IMG/VR virus record: IMGVR_UViG_3300030493_000012
Reading direction: 5' to 3' (one strand)
Source of the DNA: a virus
DNA: 64,000 bases
In this document: positions 27,317 to 37,578 of the stretch, piece after piece
Layout of the letters: every line of letters begins with the position of its first letter
Position numbering within the stretch: the stretch's first letter is position 1
Translations under genes and position numbers: made by a program
The notes under the pieces: generated by a model
What the model was told of the DNA's origin: nothing
Seen by the model: the letters and a program-made list of their open reading frames with translations, nothing else
Databases searched by the model: none

Positions 27317-30300
27317 TATCTCGGTGAAGTATTAGCCGAATAAAGCCTGCCACCGGGTCTTTGTTGTTCATTGATAACTCTCAAAGTCTGCTCTTTAATC
27401 ATCAAAGATAATTGTTTCAATTTCTCTGGCTCAATAGATTTGTCATTAGAACTTTGAGTTGTATCAGCGGTTGTAGTTCCATCGCTACTAGTTGTAATAT
27501 TAATACTGACGTTATTCTCAATAATTTGTTGTGGCGCGGCGGCTGTTTGAACCGGCTGAGCCGCTGGCATTGAGCCTCGAACTGGCGTTGTATATTCTGC
27601 TAAACCGCCATTCCGGTCAATTTGTTTCCGGTTTAGACGGTTAAGATAGTCTTGACCATAATAACTTGTCGCGTTGCTATTTAAAACATATTCACCCGGC
27701 GTTAGGATTGCTGGAACGCTATCTGTGCTATATTGGCTGACGCTACCGCCAGCAGCCCTAGTTACTGGAAAATAGCCTTGATTCATTTGAGTCTTTTCGT
27801 AACTATAACCGCCTTTAGCCTTATCGGCGCTTCCAATTGCCCCGCCTGCAATATTCATAAAAGCAGACATATAAGCGCCTGTCATTCTCTGTCTTTGAGT
27901 GCGCCGAAATTGAGCTAAAGCGTCTCTTTTTTGGCCTTCAAATTGATTAAATTCTCTCAAATAAGAATATAATCCAGCCTCGCGCTGTAATCTTATGGCA
28001 TTTTGAGGATTGTTTTCATCCAACAAAGCCATTGCTGACAAATTTGGGTCAACCAAGGCTTGTCCAGAAGTCGGCCTTGTGCCGTTGTAAACAAACTGAT
28101 TTTGGAGGCTAGAATAAGCCGTTTGGCTATTCATGTTCTCTAATAAACCACGATATTTGCTTGCTGAATTGCGGTTTACAACGAATTCGCCAGCACTTAA
28201 TAAAGCTGGAACGTCATCCATTGTACCAGACCCGCCATAAACAGAGCCGCCGCCAGCGAATTTCTTAATAAAACCGCCTCGCGCCTTTTTATTACCACTA
28301 AATAATTTGCCGATTGTGCCACCAAACAAAGAATCTGTACCTATATCTATTGTTTTAGATAGAATATTCTCAAAAATTGAAATTCCAAATTTTCGTGCTG
28401 CATCAGAAGCGTTTTCTGTGCCATCTACGAACGATTTAAAAGCGTCTTTGAAGGAAGATTTGATTGTGTCGGCGGTATCAACGGCCCCTTCTCGGATGCT
28501 TGTCCACATATCCTCTTTTCCAAATATAAACCTGCTTACAAAAGCGTCTTTAACCCCTCCCAAACCAAAACTTCCATTATTTTCACTTATCTTGATGGCG
28601 TCATTAATATCTAATTCCTGTCTAATTTTAGCGCCCGAACTACCTTTTAAAGCAATATCCAGCCTCTTTTTAGCTGCATCTCTTTCTAGCTCTATTGTCT
28701 TTTTAAGAACTTCTTCTTGAGTCCTTGCGCTTTCTTCGGCGCTGAGGATTCCTTTATCTCTTACAATAATTAAATTTATTTCCTGCCTTTGTAGCTCAAC
28801 AACTCTTGCTCTTGCTTCTTCTAATGCAACAATATATTTTTCAGCACCCGGCTCGTTTTTGTTGACCGTTGAGATTGTTGAGTCAATTAATTTTAACGCA
28901 GATTTAAGTTGTCCAGATTCGACTTGTGTTTGTAGCTGCGGAGCCAATTGGTTAAATTTACCCGCAAATTGAGCAGTGCCAGCGTTTCCGAAAAGAGATT
29001 TTCCTGCTCCAAAAATTCCAGCAGAAGCTTCGTTCCGAATTCCAAAAAGAGATTCTCCAAAACCTCTTTGAGCCGAATTTATTGCCGCTATTCTTGCTTC
29101 TCCTATATTTTGCAGTCCAGTTGATTGGCGCAAACCAAAGAAACTTGATGGCGAAATAAGTCCCTGAGCGTTTGAGAGCTTGGAATCACTGATTAATTTG
29201 TTTAAATCCAGATTTCGAGACTGACCCGCTTCGGCTTTTATATTACTTAGTCCTAGCTTGCCAATATCCGAGGCTGTTTTTAAGGATAAAGCGTTGATTT
29301 GTTTTGTAAAATCAGAAATTTGCTTTAAATTACCAATCTCAATTCTTGTTTGTGTTTGTAAAGATTGGACAATTCTTTTTACCTCTTCTGATTTAACCGC
29401 TATATCTTTTCCTTCGGCGCTTTTAATATCTATTTTTGTTTTTTCTAGCGCATTTAAGGCAGACTCTAGTTCATTGGCTTTTTGTAGATAAAATGCTGAC
29501 AAAGCCTCTCTTGTGGCTTCATTGGCTTGTACGAAATCTGTTCTTTTTGCCTCATCTCTAAGTTTTGACGCTAGACCTTCTACATCTTTAGGTGTCTTAA
29601 TTTTTAATCTATCAAACCTGCCTAATACGTTTGATGCGAAATCGGTGAATTGTCCAGTGTCTAGTGTATCAAATCGTTTTTGCTGAGTTGCTTCCTTGAG
29701 AAAAGAAGAAATTCCGCTAGTTTTTATCTCTTCTTTTATATTTCCGCCTCTTTTTAAAAGCTCGCCTTCGGCTTTTAATTCTTCTAATACAGCCTTTCGA
29801 CTGATTTCAGCGATTGCCAATCCGCCTCTTTGTCTTTCTACTTGCGTTGGCGTTAACGCGCCGATTCTACCTTGCAGTCCTATTTCACTAATTTTAGTGT
29901 TTAAGTTAAAACCTCTTTCTTGGTCTCTCAATCTACTGTCTATTGAAAAATTTCTATTAAAATTCTCAATATCAGATTGTCCTGCTTGGTTTATCAACAG
30001 AGCGGACAATGCCTTTCTGTTTTCGATTCCAAAATTTGTTGGTGTTTTAGCGCTCAGCTTTTCACCGGCCTCAGTTGTCCCTTTTACCAATTTATCAACC
30101 GCAATATTTAATTTCGTTACAAACTCAACAAACGCGCCCTCATCAATATCTTTGAACAAAACCTTGGCTGGGCCGCTTTCTAAAAAGCTTCTAAATTCAG
30201 TTAAATCTGTACTTGCTCCTTTAAAACCAAAAGTGTTTTTGAAGAATCCTTCAAATTGACCGCCGATATCCTCGCCGCGCTGGCCTTCTCTCAAAATTCT

Positions 30301-33300
30301 CCCTAGTTCTCGTCTTGCCTCTGGTGTTTCTTGTAAGAACTGAGAAAGAGATTGCTTTCCTTCTTTTCCGCCCCTTAAATCTAATAAACGACCAAATTGC
30401 GCTCTTGCTTCTTCTTGCTTACCCGGACGCAGCCTTAGCTCACCGCCTGCCAGCCTAGTAACGCCGGAAGAACCAAGCGGCGTCAGCGCTCTGGTTATTG
30501 TTCCAAGCGTGTTCCCCGGTAAATTTTGCACTCTTGTCGCGGCTTCACTGTCCGAAAGTCCCTGTTTCTTTAATTCGTCAAACTGTCGCCTTGAAGTTCC
30601 TATTCCTTGTGATAGAAAATCAGCTATTCTAACGCCTTTTCTGTCTCCGCTTTCAGCTAAAGATGTTCCCGCTTGAATAACGCCTAATTGAGCCGACTTG
30701 ACCTCCATTACGTCAACAATTATTTTATTAACCTGCTCTTTATCACCTTTTTCGAAAGCCTCTATTAATTGTTTTTTTACTGAGTCTGGAGTGTCTGACA
30801 AAATATTTCTTTGTTCAGCTTCCAATCTTCCTTTTTCAATAGTAGAACTAGAAACTCTTCCTTCATTTATATCGTCAAGACGGTTTTGGATAGAAGAAAA
30901 CCTTTGGAATGATTCTTGTAATCTTGCGGTTGAGTTTGTAACCTCTTCAAGTCTTTTTCTAAACTCTGGCAGTTTGTCCGTGATAGCATCAATAATCTTA
31001 ATTCCACCGGCTAAACCGCCGATAGCTGCAAATGCAGGTGTTTTTCCGAAAACCGCGCCTAAAGCAGAGAAAGAGACAACATCACCAGCGGCCTCAACTC
31101 CAGCTTTTCCAATCCTATTTTCTTGAGGAACAAACTGCCCCGCTGTTTGTAATATAATTGGCGCGGCGAAAGAAGTTGCCAAACCAACATTTTGCTGTCT
31201 CTGGCTTAATGCCGATGCGGCTTGTTGTGCGCCCGGTAATTTGTTTTGTAAAGAGGGATTTGACGCGATTATTTTCTGTGCCTTTTCAAGCCTTCTATTA
31301 CCCAGAAAAAGACCGCCAAAGCCGGTGCTTCCGCTAATTAGTTTATTAACTTGCGCTTCTTTAGCTTGCAAATCATAAAACTCTTTTGTTTTTTGTTCAA
31401 CCTCCAATTTTGCCGCCTGCTGCGAAGCCATTTTTTGTCTCAAATCAACCAAAGACTGTCTTCTTTCTAGCGCGGAAGAACCTTTTAAGTCTATCATTTG
31501 TGCGCCAGAGGTCAAAAAAGGAAGATTTCCCATGCTCGAACCAGCAAAAGAAGTAGAAGGCGCGTTTCTTAGTTGTTCAAAGTTTTTAGCAATATTTCCG
31601 AGCTTTGTTCTGACCGATTTCGCCGATTTGGAGGTCAAATCGAATTCTTTCGATAATTCCGCAGAAAATTTACCAACTTCTGACATTTTTATCGAACCAG
31701 ATTCTATTGCTTTTGTTAGTTTTTTGTATGCAGATTCGAATTTATTTTCATCGTTTAACCGCCTAACTCCATACATACCGGGTGGATTTTGCTCAAATAT
31801 AGGCATCGCTCCAGACGCTGCAAAATTTGGAATTAAACCACTGGCAACAAAATTATAAGGATTAAAACCATGAGCAGCCTGAAAACTTTTTTTATAATTA
31901 GTTCCGGCCTTGCTATGCAAAGGAGGAATGATTGCTGGCTGACTCATTCCAAAATCAACCACTTTTTCAGCTTTATTATAAGTGATATTTCCAACGCCTT
32001 TGACATGTAAACTTGAAACTGGCCCCGGCAAATAGCCACCAGCATAAGCACCGGCGCGTTCAATAGCTGGAATTAAACCGTCGCTTTTTGTTTTAATTAA
32101 TTCACCAGTCCTTGTATCTAGTTTTATATTAGACTGCTTAAATCCGGCTATAATTCCCGGCGCTAACAACGCCGCATTTTTTTGAGCAGCAAAAGACCTT
32201 TCAACCTGTGCTAGATATTGTTTTTGAACATCTACTAGCGTTATTTTTTTTGAAATTAATTGTTCGGTTAAGTTCTTCTCTTGAGACAAATAATCAACTA
32301 AATTCTTTTCAATAGACCTTTGCAAGTCAACCTGTGTAGTTATTCCAGAAACGGTCTTAAACGCTTGAAAAAAGTCAGCGCCAAGGCGAGAGGCAATTCC
32401 TTGCAATCCCTTGAAAGCCAAAAACACACCGGGGCCACTCAAAAACTGGCCTATTCCTTCAAGCACTCCTTGGCCTATACTTGCTCCTGTTTCCTCGGCT
32501 CTTTTGTCATTGATTGGTTCTAAAATTAAATCATTTACGCTTCCAAGAAGACTTTTAAGAGGTTTAGAAATAGCTGTTCCACCAATATCAGAGCCTAATT
32601 GTTTAAAATTAACAAACGTTCTATTTACTAATGCAGATAATGTTTCATTTAGCTCTTTACTACGAACAATAGCTTCATCTGTGGCTGATGTTGATGTTTT
32701 TAAGGCGCTGGCGTAAAAAGAATTTTCCTTGCTTAAATCACTTAAATAAGATTTTAAAATGTTAATCTGGAAAACACCACCGACTAATTCTGCTGCTTGA
32801 GCCTTTTGAGCGGCACCTAATCTATCGTAAGTTTTAGCGAAATTTTCTAATACTGTTTGAGCCGGAAGGACATTGTTTTGTATGTCTTTTACGGCAACGC
32901 CCAAATCTTCCAAAGACTGGATGGTATCAGTACGTTGTAGTCTTGTAAAAATCGTTTTTAACGAGTTACCAATTACAGCGCCACCGCGAGCGGTTGTTTG
33001 TTGCGCGGAAGTAACCAAAGCAATCAATTCATCAATTCCGACGCCTGCATCCTGAGCCGAAGAACCTACGCGACGAATCGCCTCTGCCAAATCTTTTGAC
33101 GAAACCGCGAAAGCAGCGTCAACTTTAGCAAATTTACTGACCAGCATTGTAGAGTCAATAACCTGTTTATTGAAAGAATTTAGAGCCGCCGTAATGCTAT
33201 CAACCGCTGCCGCTGAATCCATTCCAGTTAACTGAACCAAAACCAATGCATCTTTAGTTCTTTTTAATGTCTCTTGAGCAGAAAGACCTTGACGAGCTAA

Positions 33301-33750
33301 TTCTGTAGCGGCCTTGGCAACAGCCGAAAATGATTGATTTGTGTTTTTTGCTATGTTAAATAGCTCAACGCCAAAACTTTTCAATCCAGACTTATCGGCG
33401 TTTAAAATGACGTTAATATCTTTTAGTGATTTTTCAACTTCAATAGTTGATTTCACCAACTCTGTCATTGCTCTTTGAACCGAATATAGAGCACCAACTG
33501 AGGCACCGAACGCCAAAACACGCGCATTTGAAGCCTCTAAAGACTTATTAAACTCATTTACAGAAGCGGAAATCCTACCCAATGGCCTTGACATGTTATC
33601 GCCAATAGATAGTTTTTTGAAATTCTTATCTAAATTACCGATGGCACGGTTAGCCTCATTTGCAAATTGGTTTAGCTGTCTCGTACCTTTGGAGGTGTCG
33701 AGAATAACTTCCCATAATACTTGTCCAGCCGCTGCTGTTGATGCTGCCAT
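27313..33750 (-). CDS. tail tape measure protein
   Basis: 2145 aa, Ala/Gly/Lys-rich and helical, with a TP901-type core (ELARQGL, A.VD..TAALN.F, GAVIGNSLKTIF.RL). Twin GGS..DDVPALLS.GE.V.N motifs lie near the C-terminus. Confidence 0.92.
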   Translation of the reverse strand: MAASTAAAGQVLWEVILDTSKGTRQLNQFANEANRAIGNLDKNFKKLSIGDNMSRPLGRISASVNEFNKSLEASNARVLAFGASVGALYSVQRAMTELVKSTIEVEKSLKDINVILNADKSGLKSFGVELFNIAKNTNQSFSAVAKAATELARQGLSAQETLKRTKDALVLVQLTGMDSAAAVDSITAALNSFNKQVIDSTMLVSKFAKVDAAFAVSSKDLAEAIRRVGSSAQDAGVGIDELIALVTSAQQTTARGGAVIGNSLKTIFTRLQRTDTIQSLEDLGVAVKDIQNNVLPAQTVLENFAKTYDRLGAAQKAQAAELVGGVFQINILKSYLSDLSKENSFYASALKTSTSATDEAIVRSKELNETLSALVNRTFVNFKQLGSDIGGTAISKPLKSLLGSVNDLILEPINDKRAEETGASIGQGVLEGIGQFLSGPGVFLAFKGLQGIASRLGADFFQAFKTVSGITTQVDLQRSIEKNLVDYLSQEKNLTEQLISKKITLVDVQKQYLAQVERSFAAQKNAALLAPGIIAGFKQSNIKLDTRTGELIKTKSDGLIPAIERAGAYAGGYLPGPVSSLHVKGVGNITYNKAEKVVDFGMSQPAIIPPLHSKAGTNYKKSFQAAHGFNPYNFVASGLIPNFAASGAMPIFEQNPPGMYGVRRLNDENKFESAYKKLTKAIESGSIKMSEVGKFSAELSKEFDLTSKSAKSVRTKLGNIAKNFEQLRNAPSTSFAGSSMGNLPFLTSGAQMIDLKGSSALERRQSLVDLRQKMASQQAAKLEVEQKTKEFYDLQAKEAQVNKLISGSTGFGGLFLGNRRLEKAQKIIASNPSLQNKLPGAQQAASALSQRQQNVGLATSFAAPIILQTAGQFVPQENRIGKAGVEAAGDVVSFSALGAVFGKTPAFAAIGGLAGGIKIIDAITDKLPEFRKRLEEVTNSTARLQESFQRFSSIQNRLDDINEGRVSSSTIEKGRLEAEQRNILSDTPDSVKKQLIEAFEKGDKEQVNKIIVDVMEVKSAQLGVIQAGTSLAESGDRKGVRIADFLSQGIGTSRRQFDELKKQGLSDSEAATRVQNLPGNTLGTITRALTPLGSSGVTRLAGGELRLRPGKQEEARAQFGRLLDLRGGKEGKQSLSQFLQETPEARRELGRILREGQRGEDIGGQFEGFFKNTFGFKGASTDLTEFRSFLESGPAKVLFKDIDEGAFVEFVTKLNIAVDKLVKGTTEAGEKLSAKTPTNFGIENRKALSALLINQAGQSDIENFNRNFSIDSRLRDQERGFNLNTKISEIGLQGRIGALTPTQVERQRGGLAIAEISRKAVLEELKAEGELLKRGGNIKEEIKTSGISSFLKEATQQKRFDTLDTGQFTDFASNVLGRFDRLKIKTPKDVEGLASKLRDEAKRTDFVQANEATREALSAFYLQKANELESALNALEKTKIDIKSAEGKDIAVKSEEVKRIVQSLQTQTRIEIGNLKQISDFTKQINALSLKTASDIGKLGLSNIKAEAGQSRNLDLNKLISDSKLSNAQGLISPSSFFGLRQSTGLQNIGEARIAAINSAQRGFGESLFGIRNEASAGIFGAGKSLFGNAGTAQFAGKFNQLAPQLQTQVESGQLKSALKLIDSTISTVNKNEPGAEKYIVALEEARARVVELQRQEINLIIVRDKGILSAEESARTQEEVLKKTIELERDAAKKRLDIALKGSSGAKIRQELDINDAIKISENNGSFGLGGVKDAFVSRFIFGKEDMWTSIREGAVDTADTIKSSFKDAFKSFVDGTENASDAARKFGISIFENILSKTIDIGTDSLFGGTIGKLFSGNKKARGGFIKKFAGGGSVYGGSGTMDDVPALLSAGEFVVNRNSASKYRGLLENMNSQTAYSSLQNQFVYNGTRPTSGQALVDPNLSAMALLDENNPQNAIRLQREAGLYSYLREFNQFEGQKRDALAQFRRTQRQRMTGAYMSAFMNIAGGAIGSADKAKGGYSYEKTQMNQGYFPVTRAAGGSVSQYSTDSVPAILTPGEYVLNSNATSYYGQDYLNRLNRKQIDRNGGLAEYTTPVRGSMPAAQPVQTAAAPQQIIENNVSINITTSSDGTTTADTTQSSNDKSIEPEKLKQLSLMIKEQTLRVINEQQRPGGRLYSANTSPRY

Positions 33751-33772
33751 AATACCTTACGCCTTTAACTAT

Positions 33773-33781
33773 TAATTACAC
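33773..33781 (-). promoter_or_regulatory. putative late-promoter motif GTGTAATTA upstream of the tape measure gene
   Basis: TAATTACAC on the + strand, 22 nt before ATG 33750. Confidence 0.7.
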
Positions 33782-33787
33782 TAAATA

Positions 33788-34780
33788 CTATCCTTGCATG
33801 GCAATCAAGTCCTTCATTGATAACTTACCTCCCTTTTGCTTGGCTTTCTCAAATAACTGATTAGATTGTTTTAATTCATTACCCATACCAAGCTTTTCGT
33901 AATCAGCCTTACTTGCACCAACCAAAGACACAGCAACACCTTCGGTCGGTTGTTTTTCCATGATTTTTTCAGCATTTCTGGTACTTTCATGCCAATCAAG
34001 CAATTTATCAGGGTCGCCTAAGTAAATTTCTGGTATTTTGTCATGATTTTCGGAAATAATGTTCTTAAACAAGCGCCCGAAGCCAAACAAATCAGCCTGA
34101 AAAATAGTTAAATCAACCACAGGTTTACCATAATAGATGTATGGATTATCCTGACAAAGATAAAAAGAGTTTAAAAACAATGGTATTAGAGCAACTTTCT
34201 TGATGTTTCTTTGGCAAAATAACTCATTAAATTCATTATAGATAGTCACCAAGGCCAAAGTTAACTCGCCATCCAAATCATCATATTCTTCATTATTGTA
34301 AAGCAATTCCGTGGCTTTTTTGTCTTTGAATGTAGAATTACGCAAATAATATTCATTCATCTGTTTGGTGGCGTATAATTCAGCAGTTAAACCAACCAAT
34401 TCATCCTTTTCTGACTCTAATTTCTGGACTTTTTTTGATTGTTCAATAATTTGAGCCTCGACCGCCTCTCTTTGAGAGGGAATTGTCATTTTTGTTTTTG
34501 TAACTCTCAAAGTTGCCACGAAGCGAGCTAATTCATCTAGCTCTTTTTGCTGTTTTGTAGTCCATAATCCTTTTTTGTCTAAATATTCTAATTTGAACTT
34601 TTCAGTTGGTAATTTTTTGCTTACTGCTTTTTCAAAGAATCCATTATAAACATTATCAATATCACAATTATCAATAGGCGTGGCATGTCTAATATAGATT
34701 TCTTTGTCTATTGGCTTAAAATAAAAAGGCGACATCCCTTTCAGAATATCGCCAAATATTCTTTTTAAGTTATCGGCCAT
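33788..34780 (-). CDS. putative tail assembly chaperone (paralogue B)
   Basis: Immediately upstream of the tape measure gene, helical, and similar to 34783..35532. Confidence 0.55.
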   Translation of the reverse strand: MADNLKRIFGDILKGMSPFYFKPIDKEIYIRHATPIDNCDIDNVYNGFFEKAVSKKLPTEKFKLEYLDKKGLWTTKQQKELDELARFVATLRVTKTKMTIPSQREAVEAQIIEQSKKVQKLESEKDELVGLTAELYATKQMNEYYLRNSTFKDKKATELLYNNEEYDDLDGELTLALVTIYNEFNELFCQRNIKKVALIPLFLNSFYLCQDNPYIYYGKPVVDLTIFQADLFGFGRLFKNIISENHDKIPEIYLGDPDKLLDWHESTRNAEKIMEKQPTEGVAVSLVGASKADYEKLGMGNELKQSNQLFEKAKQKGGKLSMKDLIAMQG

Positions 34781-34782
34781 AC

Positions 34783-35532
34783 TTAAACATCAGTCTTGAA
34801 TAGCTGCAAAACAGCATCGAAATCTTCTTTTGTTACCGCCTTGCCCGAATACCAGAAGCCAGTCAAGAACATAAATCTACGAATAACAGAAACAATAAAA
34901 GAATCCTCTTCTTCTTCAAGTTTGTCATTAGATTTTAGCTTAGCTTCATAGGTCGCGCCATCAAATAAAGGTATTGGCTCGCCATTTTTATCCTTAGCAG
35001 ACAAAAAGAGAGTCCACCAAATAATTGTTTTGTTTTTAGCCCAAACTTCGGCGGTATGCTCAAATAAATCATTATACTCTTTTTCAATTTCGCGCAATTG
35101 GTCATAAACAGCCATAAACTCCTTATTGACAGCCTCATCTGACTCTTTTTCTTCTGGAGTTTTGTCCTCAATAGCTTTTTCGGCTGAACGAATTAGTTTT
35201 TCTTGTAATTCTACAAATTTCTTGTATAAATCATCGCGCTTGTCTTGGTCTTGCTTGGGCAAATAACCGCCCGCTTCTTCGTATCGTTTCATCAATAATT
35301 TCTTTGGCAGAAGACCTTTTTCAATACCTTCCGCGAGCTTAATACCATAGAATAACTCGGCCTCTTCAACCATTGAACGAGTTGGGCGTAATAAATGAAA
35401 AGTATTAGGTACAGATTTTTTGACTTTCTTAGTTGTTTTGATTTCATTACCAGATTCGTCTTTGGTAATTTCAACTTCATCAACCAAATCTTCTTTGTCC
35501 AATGTGAAGGAATATAGGATTTTTTTAGCCAT
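34783..35532 (-). CDS. putative tail assembly chaperone (paralogue A)
   Basis: Between the tail tube and tape measure genes; acidic and helical. Confidence 0.55.
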   Translation of the reverse strand: MAKKILYSFTLDKEDLVDEVEITKDESGNEIKTTKKVKKSVPNTFHLLRPTRSMVEEAELFYGIKLAEGIEKGLLPKKLLMKRYEEAGGYLPKQDQDKRDDLYKKFVELQEKLIRSAEKAIEDKTPEEKESDEAVNKEFMAVYDQLREIEKEYNDLFEHTAEVWAKNKTIIWWTLFLSAKDKNGEPIPLFDGATYEAKLKSNDKLEEEEDSFIVSVIRRFMFLTGFWYSGKAVTKEDFDAVLQLFKTDV

Positions 35533-35535
35533 ATT

Positions 35536-35832
35536 TTATTCTTTGTTCTCTAAATTTTTCAGTTCTGCCAGTTTTTGCTCAACAACTTCTTTGAATGATT
35601 TTCCTGTGGATTTCGCCATTCCAAATAATTCATTCGCAAGAGCAAGATTTTGAGAGCCATCAATATTCAATGTTTTGTTTATATTATCTAATTTATTCTT
35701 GATTTCTAATTCAGATAAAAGAAAAGCCTCGATTTCAGCATAAGTCAAGCCTTGAGCCACCAATTCTGGCGCTATTTTAGCCATTTTTTCGCCTATGTTG
35801 TCATCTAATTTATGGAAATCTTTGGCGCTCAT
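35536..35832 (-). CDS. hypothetical protein
   Basis: 98-aa ORF, tightly packed. Confidence 0.55.
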   Translation of the reverse strand: MSAKDFHKLDDNIGEKMAKIAPELVAQGLTYAEIEAFLLSELEIKNKLDNINKTLNIDGSQNLALANELFGMAKSTGKSFKEVVEQKLAELKNLENKE

Positions 35833-36113
35833 TAATTTGTATTTAAATATTTCTTAGTAACAAGACAGCCGCCAGTATAACCAGCGAAGTTATATTCAGT
35901 TTTATGGTTTGTCAAATATTCGGTTATGGGATTTTTACAAATACATGTTGCCGAAGATACGCAAAAAAAATCTTTTTTATCTAAATCTTTTAAACCACGA
36001 AAATATTCAGGCCAAGCTGAGCCTTTCAAAGCAATATTGTCATTAATAGTCTTTTCCCAAGCCAGTGCTTGATTTTCGAGCCAATCATTTAGTTGTCGAA
36101 TTTCGGCGCTCAT
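35832..36113 (-). CDS. hypothetical protein
   Basis: 93-aa ORF whose stop overlaps the next start. Confidence 0.55.
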   Translation of the reverse strand: MSAEIRQLNDWLENQALAWEKTINDNIALKGSAWPEYFRGLKDLDKKDFFCVSSATCICKNPITEYLTNHKTEYNFAGYTGGCLVTKKYLNTN

Positions 36114-36262
36114 TTTTTGTTTATTAATTCACAAATCAATTCTTTGTATATCTTAGCCTTCAAACGGTTGATTCTGTTAATATTTCTTGCTTTATTTTTA
36201 GCTCGGATTTCAGGAGATTTCCAAGGACAACATTCTTGTTCTGTAATTTCGTTATTTTTCAT
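36110..36262 (-). CDS. small basic hypothetical protein, 50 aa, absent from the ORF track
   Basis: Translated by hand as MKNNEITEQECCPWKSPEIRAKNK...LINKK*. Its TGA overlaps ATG 36113. Confidence 0.5.
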   Translation of the reverse strand: MKNNEITEQECCPWKSPEIRAKNKARNINRINRLKAKIYKELICELINKK

Positions 36263-36503
36263 AATCTAAACAATTTTCAGTAATTTCGTGCCATTTATTG
36301 GTGTGGACTGGACATTTGTATTTTAAGACTGGATTTACAAAAGCAAGATTGGTTATAGTGATGTAATTAGTTACGAAAACATCATTGGTTTTGGTTATCA
36401 TGCTGTGGTTTTGAGGCTTTTTACCAAGGTTAAGTATAAAAGAAATAGACACAACCAAACTAAGCACAACAAGTATAGAAAGTAATTGTTGGTTTATTTT
36501 CAT
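36252..36503 (-). CDS. small membrane-anchored protein
   Basis: N-terminal hydrophobic stretch LLSILVVLSLVVSISFILNL. Confidence 0.5.
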   Translation of the reverse strand: MKINQQLLSILVVLSLVVSISFILNLGKKPQNHSMITKTNDVFVTNYITITNLAFVNPVLKYKCPVHTNKWHEITENCLDYEK

Positions 36504-36730
36504 TAATTTTCGGGCTTTAACAAAATATTAACTTTTTCAAAATTGGCCTCGACATCACGATATGAATCATTACTGGAATCCAATATTTTTTTGCGAATTT
36601 GTTTTAGTTTGTCGGGGGGAAATTGATAACCTTCAATTATCAAGTCTTCAAAAATTGACAATGAAACTTTGGCATTAGAAATGAAATGCCTGTTTATGTT
36701 GAACAACAAAATGCCTTTTAATCCTTCCAT
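36503..36730 (-). CDS. hypothetical protein
   Basis: 75-aa ORF preceded by the motif variant GTGTAATC (36762-36769) and AAGG. Confidence 0.55.
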   Translation of the reverse strand: MEGLKGILLFNINRHFISNAKVSLSIFEDLIIEGYQFPPDKLKQIRKKILDSSNDSYRDVEANFEKVNILLKPEN

Positions 36731-36763
36731 AGCCTTTTAAAAACCACCTTTCCTTATAGGAGA

Positions 36764-37531
36764 TTACACTAAAACGGGGGCGTTTTCGGAACTAATTTTC
36801 GGCGGCTCAACCGGCTCATCTTTAACTTTTAATTTAATATCCTCTTTTACCTTAGCTAAATTATCCGCTTTCCACAAAGGGCGAAGATTTTTATAATTAA
36901 AACACTCTTTAAATTCTTCTGGATTTTCGAGCCGGAAACTACAACAAGGCCGAATATGGTCTAAATGGGTCCGGCTCCCGTCTTTGATGTCTTCCCATGT
37001 CATTCCTACAGGCGCGACCGATAAAAGATGGTCTATTAATTCTTTTAATGAGCATCCAAGCATATCAAGAGATTTACATACTTTGTATGTGCTCTTTTGT
37101 TTTATCAATTTTCTAATACGGCTCCGAAGTCTTAACGCCAAAATATATCCTAAATCAGTTTTTCTTCTTTCTTGATGCCTTATACTTCTCCATTCTTTTC
37201 GCTTTTCTTTAGCCTCTGGCGTTTGTCGTCTTTGCTTTACTTTATTCTTATTGCTGTTGTACCAGTTTGTTTGTCTTTGTTTAATATGTTCTGCGTTTTT
37301 TTGATAATATTCTTTACATTTTTCTAGCCTAGACTCTTTGTGTCTTTTATAATCTTCTCTTTTTTCGTTTAGTGTCTTTTCGTGATTTTCATAATATTTA
37401 TCTTTTCTACATTGCTTACAGGTTGGACGATAACCGTCTTTACTCTTTTTTAACAAACCAAACTCCGAGAGTAATTTTACCTGTTTACATTCTCCGCATT
37501 TTTTCTGTGTATTATTTATTAGAGGTTCCAT
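36764..37531 (-). CDS. free-standing HNH endonuclease with N-terminal Cys4 zinc finger
   Basis: CGECKQVK..EF...KDGYRPTCKQC, a basic helical linker, and HLDHIRPC..F....ECFNYKNLRPLW..DN. Confidence 0.85.
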   Translation of the reverse strand: MEPLINNTQKKCGECKQVKLLSEFGLLKKSKDGYRPTCKQCRKDKYYENHEKTLNEKREDYKRHKESRLEKCKEYYQKNAEHIKQRQTNWYNSNKNKVKQRRQTPEAKEKRKEWRSIRHQERRKTDLGYILALRLRSRIRKLIKQKSTYKVCKSLDMLGCSLKELIDHLLSVAPVGMTWEDIKDGSRTHLDHIRPCCSFRLENPEEFKECFNYKNLRPLWKADNLAKVKEDIKLKVKDEPVEPPKISSENAPVLV

Positions 37532-37540
37532 AAAGTTAAT

Positions 37541-37563
37541 AAAAAAGCCTCAAAAAGAGGCTT
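37541..37563 (-). terminator. rho-independent terminator after the major tail gene
   Basis: AAGCCTC-N5-GAGGCTT with a T-run on the - strand (A-run 37541-37546). Confidence 0.75.
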
Positions 37564-37578
37564 GTTTTGTGATTATTA

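Noticed and set aside
27733-33775. Numerous + strand ORFs antisense to the tape measure gene, and similar shadow ORFs over dnaE, GT, gpI, gpJ, protease and portal
   Set aside because: They lie fully within long, motif-supported genes on the other strand or frame, and have no motifs or start signals.
34775-34830. Programmed -1 frameshift between the two chaperone-like genes
   Set aside because: No canonical slippery heptamer near the end of the upstream ORF, and the downstream gene has its own ATG.
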